Shown: positions 1 through 6,972, numbered from the stretch's first letter. The stretch: DNA of 6,990 bases from Halalkalibacterium halodurans (GCF_004376175.1 NZ_SNUY01000023.1:1-6990); one strand, 5' to 3'. Numbers and translations: made by a program. The notes: generated by a model from the letters alone, not told the origin.

Positions 1-293
1 ACTGTCTGACGCTGATATCGCTCTACAAAACAGGCTTTCTCCGCAAACCGCTTCCCGCATCTGCACGCGTACCGGCGCTTTCGATAGAATAGATACACCC
101 ACCGTTCAAAGAGCTTGAGATGTTGAACTTTTTGGATGCGGTAATCATGGATTCTCTCGGTTCTCTCCCCGCAGGATGGGCAACGATGAGGCGTTCGCGG
201 CATTTCTACATGGAGCGCGATAAAGCCCTCTCGTTCCTCCATCTTTGTGACCTTCACACCTTTTAATCCGGGCAAATCCATGGTAAAATTCAT
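1..293 (-). CDS. ISL3-family transposase, N-terminal 97 codons only (gene continues past the left window edge)
   Basis: Hand translation of the reverse complement from ATG at 293-291 gives MNFTMDLPGLKGVKVTKMEEREGFIALHVEMPRTPHRCPSCGERTERIHDYRIQKVQHLKLFERWVYLFYRKRRYACRCGKRFAEKACFVERYQRQT with no stop up to position 3. The CPSCG ... RRYACRCGK layout (CxxC ... CxC zinc finger near the N-terminus, then KRRY/F-C) is characteristic of ISL3 (IS204/IS1001/IS1096/IS1165-type) transposases. AGGAG lies 11 nt upstream of the ATG. Confidence 0.8.
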   Translation of the reverse strand, partial: MNFTMDLPGLKGVKVTKMEEREGFIALHVEMPRTPHRCPSCGERTERIHDYRIQKVQHLKLFERWVYLFYRKRRYACRCGKRFAEKACFVERYQRQT

Positions 294-414
294 CGTACAC
301 GCAGCTCCTATCCTTTCTTTGTTTCTCGACAATTCAAGGATAATGGATAAAGGAGCCTGCGTGCATTTTTTTTGCCCTCTTTTGTGCAAAAACCCCAACA
401 TTTATTGTAGAGCC
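1..414 (-). mobile_element. Partial ISL3-family insertion sequence (one terminus plus the transposase 5' end)
   Basis: Read on the minus strand from 414 downward, the sequence starts GGCTCTACAATAAATGTTGGGGTTTTTGCACAAAAG. A GGCTCT tip is typical of ISL3-family terminal inverted repeats. It lies 121 nt upstream of the transposase ATG, a normal distance for this family. IR length cannot be fixed because the partner end is outside the window. Confidence 0.6.
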
Positions 415-437
415 GATTAATCTGATTGTGAATAGAT

Positions 438-467
438 AAAAAAAGGGCACGGACACAAGGTCCGTGC
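438..467 (-). terminator. Rho-independent terminator of trxB
   Basis: On the minus strand GCACGGAC (467-460), loop CTTGT, GTCCGTGC (454-447), then CC and TTTTTTT (444-438). This is a perfect GC-rich 8-bp stem plus a U-tract, about 110 nt downstream of the trxB stop. Confidence 0.75.
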
Positions 468-577
468 AAAAAATATATAAAAAAGGGGGTCAATTACTTA
501 CCTTTATCATACGCTCTCTTTATTTCACAGCTGTTACAATCGGATTAAAACGGAGTTACGTTTTCCATTATTCACTA

Positions 578-1540
<963 letters not shown>

Positions 1541-1600
1541 TTATCGTAATCCCATGCCCTTAGTATGATCAGTGCTTCCTCTGTTTATCGTAAAAAATGA

Positions 1601-2674
1601 TCAGCTGTTCTGTCTACTTTTTTGCTTCACATGCCAACCTTCATACGTAACGTCCTCTTTTTGCAAAATATCGACGATACTCATGGCATAATAGTCAGCT
1701 GCTTGTTGGACACCAAGAGTGGCTGCTTTTTTCCAATATCGAAGCGCTATTTCTTCTTGGCCGAGGTGATACGCAGCCACACCAATACAAAAATGCCACT
1801 CAGGGTCACTACTAATCGACGTCCACTCTAATTCCTTTAAACGATCATAGGCTTGTTCACACGCACCGACAGCGCACAAAACTTGCGCCACTTTAAAACG
1901 ATGGGCTCGGTCCATTGGATGAACCGCAGATAAGGCTTGAATCAGTGATTCCGCTTGTTGTTGCTGACCTTGTTTCTTATAAAATAACGCCATGTTGCAA
2001 AGGGCAAACAGGTTTCCCTGATCTTCTTCAAGGATGTGCTCGCACACCTCAAATGCCTTTTCAACATTCCCTAAGCGAAACAACGCTTGGGCGTATTGAT
2101 TGTAAGCTGTCCAATAGGAAGGCTCTTCATCCATTAACTTTTCAAGGAGGACAATGGCCTCTTGCAGCTGTCCCTCTTCAAGAAGTTGGCAGGCCTTTTC
2201 ATGTTCTAACAAAAATTGATCGGTTGGTGTGAGCTCATTTTCCCACTCATCCCCTTCCTCTTCCTTTTCAAAACGAAGAAGGTCCAACAAATCATGAGCA
2301 TCCTTGGCAAACTCACCGTCCGGCTGATCACTTAAATAAGCTATCGCACAATGCTCTGCTTTTTCGAACAGTCCTAAATAAGCATAGTTATTAGCCATAA
2401 AAAAATGGCACTCACTATGGCCTGGATCTAAGTTTTGCACAACCGATTCGAGAATGTCATTGGAGCGTTCATAGTGACCTAGCTCTGAAAGGACTGCAGC
2501 TAGCTGTATATGAAAAACAGGCTCCTGTTCTGTTAATTTAACCGCCCGTTCTAACAGCTTTACAGCACGAGACAAATGATTTTTGCGAAAAGCAATCACA
2601 CCGCGACGAAAGAAGTAATCTCCACTTTGAATAAAGGGGATGATCTTTTTTCCTGATTCTATCGATACATCCAT
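1601..2674 (-). CDS. TPR-repeat protein of unknown function (reminiscent of B. subtilis YvcD, which also lies near trxB)
   Basis: 357 aa. It shows a repeated helix-turn-helix TPR-like pattern, for example GQLQEAIVLLEKLMDEEPSYWTAYNQYAQALFRLGNVEKAFEVCEHILEED, ALCNMALFYKKQGQQQQAESLIQAL and CIGVAAYHLGQEEIALRYWKKAATLG. An acidic linker EKEEEGDEWENE splits two TPR blocks. GGAGGG lies 11 nt upstream of the ATG. No catalytic motif was recognised. Confidence 0.8.
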   Translation of the reverse strand: MDVSIESGKKIIPFIQSGDYFFRRGVIAFRKNHLSRAVKLLERAVKLTEQEPVFHIQLAAVLSELGHYERSNDILESVVQNLDPGHSECHFFMANNYAYLGLFEKAEHCAIAYLSDQPDGEFAKDAHDLLDLLRFEKEEEGDEWENELTPTDQFLLEHEKACQLLEEGQLQEAIVLLEKLMDEEPSYWTAYNQYAQALFRLGNVEKAFEVCEHILEEDQGNLFALCNMALFYKKQGQQQQAESLIQALSAVHPMDRAHRFKVAQVLCAVGACEQAYDRLKELEWTSISSDPEWHFCIGVAAYHLGQEEIALRYWKKAATLGVQQAADYYAMSIVDILQKEDVTYEGWHVKQKSRQNS

Positions 2675-2714
2675 GAAGTTCGATTCCCTCCAACCCTCTC
2701 AAACATCTCCTTGC

Positions 2715-2743
2715 ATTATACAACATTTTTCGTCATAGTGGTG
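2715..2743 (-). promoter_or_regulatory. Candidate promoter for the TPR gene (only the -10 is convincing)
   Basis: A perfect TATAAT sits on the minus strand (2720-2715), 41 nt upstream of the ATG at 2674. The hexamer at 17-bp spacing (CACCAC, 2743-2738) is a poor -35. Confidence 0.3.
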
Positions 2744-2877
2744 GGAGATTTTAGGTAAATTGTCGGAAGTCCGCGAATAAAAGAGAAAATCGCTAGAAGA
2801 ATGAAGAAAAAGTAAGAGAAATGAAGAAAACCGAGGATTTCTCTTATAGAACCATCATGTGTTAAGAAATAGCAAGA

Positions 2878-2902
2878 AGAAACAAGGTTCCCCCTTGCTT
2901 CT
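2878..2902 (-). terminator. Candidate intrinsic terminator of the murQ-murP-mupG operon
   Basis: On the minus strand AGAAGCAAGG (2902-2893), loop GGGAA, CCTTGTTTCT (2887-2878). This is a 10-bp stem with one G-U pair, starting 20 nt after the mupG stop. It is followed by TTCTTGCTATTTCTT, which is U-rich but not a clean U-run. Confidence 0.45.
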
Positions 2903-2921
2903 CCGGATAAGCTGCCTATCA

Positions 2922-3977
2922 TTACTCATCGGTGACCAATCGAAACGGTTCTCCAGGACGAAGGATGTCTAGTAGAATCATATCTTCCTCTCTCACGTTG
3001 GCGACAACATTTACTTTTTCATCAAAAGGCAATTCTTTTTTCATAATCTGAAGTTCCCCTTCATAGCGACCATATGTTTCATTATCAATTGTCACCGTAC
3101 CCTTCAGTCGAGAGCTAGGCGTCTGGGTCTCTTTCGCACGGATAGCAAATTCCCCTTTGCGAGCGTACGGCCTCGATGTCTCTGAGCGAATGACATCTCT
3201 TGCAGGGTCAAAGCGCTGCCGATGGGGAAGCTGTAATAATGCTAACTCAGCTTCTTGAATATCTTCCCGTACACTTACGCGGAGCCGCGCCTCATTTTCA
3301 CGAAATGTCATAAGGGAATAAGGAGAGAGATCCTGATCCCCAATGACGATGGCATCCGTGTGTAACCGATCATGCAAATCCCTCGCAGCACCATAAGGAG
3401 AAACCTCTCGATGGGCTTCAGCGGTCGGCAACCCTCGATAGAGCGGACCACGTCTTTGCCCATCCCCACTAACAAAGGCAACGGTTTTTAAGCCTTGGGT
3501 GTGAAGCCATTGATTCCTACGTTTGATCCATTCCAAGCTAAGCCCTGTCTCTGGTCTAGGGTAATAATTGTGCCACGCCTCCACGTTTTTCAACGAGAGT
3601 CCTTGATTGACAAGTTCATGTAAAAACGTTTCTGTCAACGTGCTTGCATTGAAAGCGATCTGATACGTTTTTGCCAACTCCATGATCGCCTCTGCTGAAA
3701 AACCATAATCCAACCTTAGGCCATCTACGGACTCGTCAAGAGAGGCCACATAAGGTAAAGAAGAAGGGGACACATCGACGATTACACGCAATCCACACCT
3801 ATGCGCCTCTCTTACAAGTTGATCGAGTCGCTCTACATAGAGGGCGGCATCCTCCTCTGGAATATGAAGAGACGTAAACACGAAGGTAAACCGAGCCTCG
3901 CTCATTCTACGTATATATTGTGTCTGATCTGTACGGTATCCACTGTTTCCTAAAAACAGAGAGAAGCCTCGTTCCAT
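2922..3977 (-). CDS. mupG: DUF871 / MupG-family 6-phospho-N-acetylmuramidase
   Basis: 351 aa. Conserved DUF871 blocks as I recall them are GFSLFLG, FTSLHIPEED, VDVSP, LRLDYGF, FNASTL, WHNYYPRPETGLS and GPLYRGLPTAEAHR. Its start is 17 nt downstream of the murP-like stop, with GGAAGGTGA as the SD. The context with murQ and a MurNAc-type PTS matches the characterised S. aureus MupG pathway. Confidence 0.8.
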   Translation of the reverse strand: MERGFSLFLGNSGYRTDQTQYIRRMSEARFTFVFTSLHIPEEDAALYVERLDQLVREAHRCGLRVIVDVSPSSLPYVASLDESVDGLRLDYGFSAEAIMELAKTYQIAFNASTLTETFLHELVNQGLSLKNVEAWHNYYPRPETGLSLEWIKRRNQWLHTQGLKTVAFVSGDGQRRGPLYRGLPTAEAHREVSPYGAARDLHDRLHTDAIVIGDQDLSPYSLMTFRENEARLRVSVREDIQEAELALLQLPHRQRFDPARDVIRSETSRPYARKGEFAIRAKETQTPSSRLKGTVTIDNETYGRYEGELQIMKKELPFDEKVNVVANVREEDMILLDILRPGEPFRLVTDE

Positions 3978-3994
3978 TACCGTTCACCTTCCAT

Positions 3995-5356
3995 TTAACC
4001 GATATTTTCTGCCATTTCTTCTTTGTATCCAAACAAATACGTAAACAAAAATCCGAACGTGTACGAAACGACCAATCCTAAGAAATAAATGAAATATTTA
4101 TTTTCAGCAATGAGTGGAATTAAGGAGAGACCGGATACACCAATACCGACTGCCGCTGTTGACATGACCGCTTGGAAGGCTCCACCGACTGCCGCACCAC
4201 AACATGCTGTAATAAATGGACGCCCGAGTGGGAGTGTTACCCCGTAAAGTAGCGGTTCTCCAATGCCAAGGAAACCAACAGGCAATGCCCCTTTTACAGT
4301 ATTTTTCAAACGCTGATTTTTTGTTTTGACGAAGACGGCAATCGCGGCGCCTACTTGACCTGCCCCTGCCATCGCTAAAATCGTTAAAAGCGGGGTCACC
4401 CCTTGACTATTAATAAACTCGAGGTGAATCGGGGTTAGCCCGTGATGCATCCCGACCATGACAAGAGGTAGGAACGTTCCTGCTAAAATCGCTCCTGCCA
4501 CTGCCCCCCCAATGTCGAGGACTCCGTTAATTCCTGCTGTCACTCCTTCTGCAATCCAGCCACCAACAGGCTGAAGAACGACGATTGTACTTACACCGAC
4601 GATAAGAACCGTTAAAAATGGGGTCAAAATGATATCAACAGCTGAAGGGACACCTTTTCGTATTTGCTTTTCAACGACGGCCATAAGCCAACCGGCTAAC
4701 AAGACGGCAAAGATCCCACCTCGACCTGGGACGAGCTGCTCACCAAAAAGGGTCACGTTTTCCAACGCAGGGTTAATGATTAAAATACCAGCTATCGCGC
4801 CAAGGGCTGGTGTGCCGCCAAACTCTTTCGCCGTATTCCAGCCGACGAGAATCGCTAGGAAGGTGAAAATTCCACTACCAATGACGAGCAATATTTGTAG
4901 CCATGTCGTGTCAGGGGAGACGCCTGCATTTTGAGCAAAGTTCGCTCCGCCATTAATTAATCCTGAAGCAACGAGCGCTGGAATAAGTGGAATAAAGATA
5001 CTCCCTATTCGCTTCAAAAAGTTTTTAATCGGCGTATTGTTTTTCTTTTTAATCGCTTGCTTCGTATCCTCTGCGACATGGTCGGGGTCGTCTACTTCAT
5101 TTAACGATAACCCTGTTTGCTCACACATCTTGGCTGCTACTCTATTGACCGTTCCTGGACCGACAACAATTTGTAGCGTGTCATCCTCCACAACGCCCAT
5201 CACACCATCAATGTTTTTCAATTGCGCGATGTCTACCAGCTTATCCTCGTGAAGATCTAAACGAATTCGCGTCATACAATGAGCTAATCGTTTAATGTTT
5301 TCCGCGCCGCCTACGTGTTCTAATATCTCTTTGGCCAGCCTTTCTTCTTTTTTCAT
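3995..5356 (-). CDS. murP: PTS EIIBC component, N-acetylmuramic acid (MurNAc / MurNAc-GlcNAc) type
   Basis: 453 aa. The N-terminal EIIB domain carries the phospho-cysteine motif HC27MTRIRL (codon 5278-5276 = TGT). It is followed by a glucose-superfamily EIIC with multiple TM segments and a GIGEPLLYG block (GITEP-like). There is no EIIA domain. AAGGGGGA is the SD, and the start is 21 nt after the murQ stop. Substrate assignment rests mainly on operon context. Confidence 0.8.
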   Translation of the reverse strand: MKKEERLAKEILEHVGGAENIKRLAHCMTRIRLDLHEDKLVDIAQLKNIDGVMGVVEDDTLQIVVGPGTVNRVAAKMCEQTGLSLNEVDDPDHVAEDTKQAIKKKNNTPIKNFLKRIGSIFIPLIPALVASGLINGGANFAQNAGVSPDTTWLQILLVIGSGIFTFLAILVGWNTAKEFGGTPALGAIAGILIINPALENVTLFGEQLVPGRGGIFAVLLAGWLMAVVEKQIRKGVPSAVDIILTPFLTVLIVGVSTIVVLQPVGGWIAEGVTAGINGVLDIGGAVAGAILAGTFLPLVMVGMHHGLTPIHLEFINSQGVTPLLTILAMAGAGQVGAAIAVFVKTKNQRLKNTVKGALPVGFLGIGEPLLYGVTLPLGRPFITACCGAAVGGAFQAVMSTAAVGIGVSGLSLIPLIAENKYFIYFLGLVVSYTFGFLFTYLFGYKEEMAENIG

Positions 5357-5377
5357 GTTGATCCCCCTTTTTATCCG

Positions 5378-6274
5378 TTAATTAAGCTCGTGAACCGCTT
5401 TTCGGATAAAACCACCGTTGCGGTCAAGCGTCATTTGTGCCTGGTCTACCGAACAACCAGTTAATATCGTGATAATCGCAACTTTGACAACACCACCTGC
5501 TTCCCGTAAATGCTTCTCAGCAACTGCAGCTTCCACGTCAGTCGCTTCCATAATGATGCGCTTTGAGCGCTCACGAAGCTTTTCATTCGTGGGCTTTAAA
5601 TCTACCATTAAGTTTTTATATGCTTTTCCTAAACCAATCATCACCGTCGTTGAAATCATATTGAGAACGAGTTTTTGCGCTGTTCCCGCCTTCAATCTGG
5701 TCGAACCCGTTAATACTTCACTTCCTGTTTCCACCTCAATTGGATAAGTCGCTATTCTTGAGATTGCCGCTCCTCGGTTACAAGCTAAACTTCCAGTCAC
5801 CGCACCAACTTGATTCGCATACTTCAGTGCACCAATGACATAAGGTGTTCGGCCACTTGCAGCTATGCCAACAACCACATCCCGAACGGTCAGTTGGATC
5901 TTTTTCAGGTCCGCCTCTCCTAGACCTTCATCATCCTCAGCTCCCTCTTTCGCTTCAATAAAAGCTTTTTCCCCGCCAGCAATTAAGCCAATCACTCGAT
6001 CTGGTGCGACCCCAAACGTCGGCGGACATTCTGCCGCATCTAAGACGCCTAGTCTCCCACTCGTTCCTGCCCCTACATAGATAAGCCGTCCTCCTTGCTT
6101 CATTGCTTTGATTGTTTCTTCTACAAGCGGGGCGATCGCCGGAAGAGCTTGTGCAATTTGCTGCGGAACGCGGTGATCCTCTTCGTTCATTGCTGTTAAG
6201 ATTTCAATCGTATTCATCTCATCAAGATTCATCGTCTTTTCGTTGCGCAATTCCGTAGTTAGTTTATCTAGCAT
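5378..6274 (-). CDS. murQ: N-acetylmuramic acid 6-phosphate etherase
   Basis: 298 aa SIS-domain protein. The N-terminus MLDKLTTELRNEKTMNLDEM matches the B. subtilis MurQ start (MLENLSTEHRNEKTMNLDEM as recalled). Further motifs are RLIYVGAGTSGRLGVLDAAECPPTFG and GSTRLKAGTAQK. The length is the same as E. coli MurQ. Confidence 0.95.
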   Translation of the reverse strand: MLDKLTTELRNEKTMNLDEMNTIEILTAMNEEDHRVPQQIAQALPAIAPLVEETIKAMKQGGRLIYVGAGTSGRLGVLDAAECPPTFGVAPDRVIGLIAGGEKAFIEAKEGAEDDEGLGEADLKKIQLTVRDVVVGIAASGRTPYVIGALKYANQVGAVTGSLACNRGAAISRIATYPIEVETGSEVLTGSTRLKAGTAQKLVLNMISTTVMIGLGKAYKNLMVDLKPTNEKLRERSKRIIMEATDVEAAVAEKHLREAGGVVKVAIITILTGCSVDQAQMTLDRNGGFIRKAVHELN

Positions 6275-6300
6275 GACGTTTCAGTCCTTTCGCCTCCTTT

Positions 6301-6314
6301 TGTATTCGCTTTCA
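6301..6314 (-). promoter_or_regulatory. cre-like (CcpA) box overlapping the -10/+1 of the murQ promoter
   Basis: The minus strand reads TGAAAGCGAATACA against the cre consensus TGWAANCGNTNWCA. It matches at 13 of 14 positions (A instead of T at position 10). Its first T is the last T of the TATAAT box. Confidence 0.45.
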
Positions 6315-6343
6315 TTATACTAGGTTATAAAATTAAAAATCAA
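6314..6343 (-). promoter_or_regulatory. SigmaA-type promoter of the murQ operon
   Basis: On the minus strand TTGATT (6343-6338), an 18-nt spacer, then a perfect TATAAT (6319-6314). The -10 lies 40 nt upstream of the murQ ATG. Confidence 0.55.
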
Positions 6344-6360
6344 CCTATTAATAGTTTTAT

Positions 6361-6377
6361 ATGAAATTTAGTTTCAT
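6361..6377. promoter_or_regulatory. 6-5-6 palindrome upstream of the murQ -35 (candidate operator)
   Basis: ATGAAA-TTTAG-TTTCAT has perfect 6-bp arms and sits 18-34 bp upstream of the -35. The DNA is AT-rich, so chance occurrence is not negligible. Confidence 0.25.
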
Positions 6378-6541
6378 TTTATGTCAATAAGAATCCGCTT
6401 CATTCTCAAGAACACAAAATAATGTCCCGTGCTCCTTTATTAGATACCAATTGGCGGATGCGATCATTTTTTATTCTTCCATCCTTTATCGACGTTTTAA
6501 GTGCTTAGAAAAATGCCATGAAAGGTGGCTAGAACATAGTT

Positions 6542-6582
6542 AATAAGAGTGCACTCACCGCCGGAGTACCACTCTTATTTTT
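6542..6582 (+). terminator. Strong plus-strand intrinsic-terminator-like hairpin with no upstream ORF
   Basis: AATAAGAGTG (6542-6551) pairs perfectly with CACTCTTATT (6570-6579). An inner ACTC (6553-6556) / GAGT (6564-6567) helix surrounds the loop ACCGCCG. The stem runs into TTATTTTTC (U-tract to 6582). On the minus strand no U-tract follows, so the signal is directional (+). Confidence 0.5.
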
Positions 6583-6613
6583 CAGCTGTTATTTTATACG
6601 GGGTTGATTGTTT

Positions 6614-6699
6614 CAAAAACACTCGCTTGCTGCGGGCAAGGATTCAGCTAATCGGGGGGCAATCGTCCTGATTTTACATCCGAAGGTCTAGTGTTTTTG
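6614..6699. repeat. 86-nt structured element closed by a perfect 10-bp inverted repeat (ncRNA or MITE-like; strand unknown)
   Basis: CAAAAACACT (6614-6623) pairs with AGTGTTTTTG (6690-6699). Inside are CTTGC (6626-6630) / GCAAG (6636-6640), and GGATTCAG (6640-6647) pairing with CTGA (6668-6671) plus ATCC (6678-6681). I do not recognise it as any riboswitch or RNA family. Confidence 0.35.
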
Positions 6700-6906
6700 T
6701 GCTTTTATATTAAATGGAGTTATTCGTCTAGATAATTTGAAGCATAAATAGAGAACAAGATAGATAAGAGCAATAGATAAAAAATAATATACCAGATTGA
6801 TTTCTGTTTTTAAAAACTCAGTTGGCGTAAATAATAATAGCTTATTCGACACAAGAGAGTGTAAAATATTTTGTGTAAATAGAAATGCACTAAATGATGT
6901 TCATAG

Positions 6907-6969
6907 AAAAAAGAAGACCCTTTCTGTAGAATAAAGTTAGCCGACTAAATTCACAGAAAAGAGGTCTTC
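6907..6969 (-). terminator. Long interrupted hairpin plus T6, probably the terminator of a minus-strand gene lying beyond the right edge (alternative: plus-strand RBS-sequestering stem)
   Basis: On the minus strand GAAGACC-TC-TTTTCTGT (6969-6953) pairs with ACAGAAA-GGGTCTTC (6927-6913) as two 7-bp helices. The 25-nt loop contains a mini-hairpin TTAG/CTAA (6937-6948). TTTTTT follows (6912-6907). On the plus strand the 3' arm contains AAGAGG, the SD for the ATG at 6973. Confidence 0.4.
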
Positions 6970-6972
6970 CCT

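Noticed and set aside
308-493. 61-aa minus-strand ORF from the track
   Set aside because: It spans the ISL3 terminal repeat, the junction and the trxB terminator hairpin. It has no Shine-Dalgarno and a low-complexity sequence, so it looks like an artefact of AT-rich non-coding DNA.
541-566. AAAACG-N6-CGTTTT hairpin just after the trxB stop (minus strand)
   Set aside because: The stem is an AU-rich 6-bp helix with no separate U-tract. The GC-rich hairpin at 447-467 is the far better terminator.
1622-2232. Plus-strand ORFs 1622-1831 and 1915-2232, antisense to the TPR gene
   Set aside because: These are antisense shadow frames with no RBS and compositionally odd products.
2538-2726. 62-aa minus-strand ORF overlapping the TPR gene start
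   Set aside because: It is an alternative frame that overlaps the real N-terminus and the promoter, and it has no SD.
2716-2922. 68-aa minus-strand ORF whose ATG overlaps the mupG stop (TAATG) and which has a hydrophobic stretch
   Set aside because: It has no SD. It runs straight through the candidate operon terminator hairpin (2878-2902), and its stop lies inside the TATAAT of the next promoter. The hydrophobic segment comes from a T-rich low-complexity tract.
4629-6080. Plus-strand ORFs 4629-4934, 5037-5252, 5418-5747 and 5865-6080, antisense to murP and murQ
   Set aside because: They are S/T/P/A-rich products typical of antisense frames of GC-richer coding sequence, and they lie embedded in confidently assigned genes.
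6384-6467. 27-aa minus-strand ORF (MIASANWYLIKEHGTLFCVLENEADSY) with a weak GGAAG about 8 nt upstream
   Set aside because: It is very short, has only a marginal SD and shows no recognisable features. It could only be supported by conservation or ribosome profiling data.
6515-6529. Small minus-strand hairpin GCCA-CCTTTCA-TGGC followed by ATTTTT
   Set aside because: A 4-bp stem is too weak to call a terminator.
6542-6579. T-box-like motif on the minus strand (AAGAGTGGTACTCCGGCG versus the T-box core GGGTGGNACCGCG)
   Set aside because: The match is only partial. The hairpin leaves no 7-nt antiterminator bulge, no proper terminator with a U-tract follows on the minus strand, and the downstream gene (murQ) is not a T-box-type target.
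6729-6780. TAGATAA repeated three times (6729, 6761, 6774) plus a related ATAGAG (6749)
   Set aside because: These are short 7-mers at irregular spacing (32 and 13 bp) in very AT-rich DNA. They are not CRISPR-like and not clearly iteron-like, so chance is sufficient.
6797-6934. 45-codon plus-strand TTG-initiated frame (ISVFKNSVGVNNN..)
   Set aside because: It has no SD, a rare start codon and a low-complexity AT-driven sequence.
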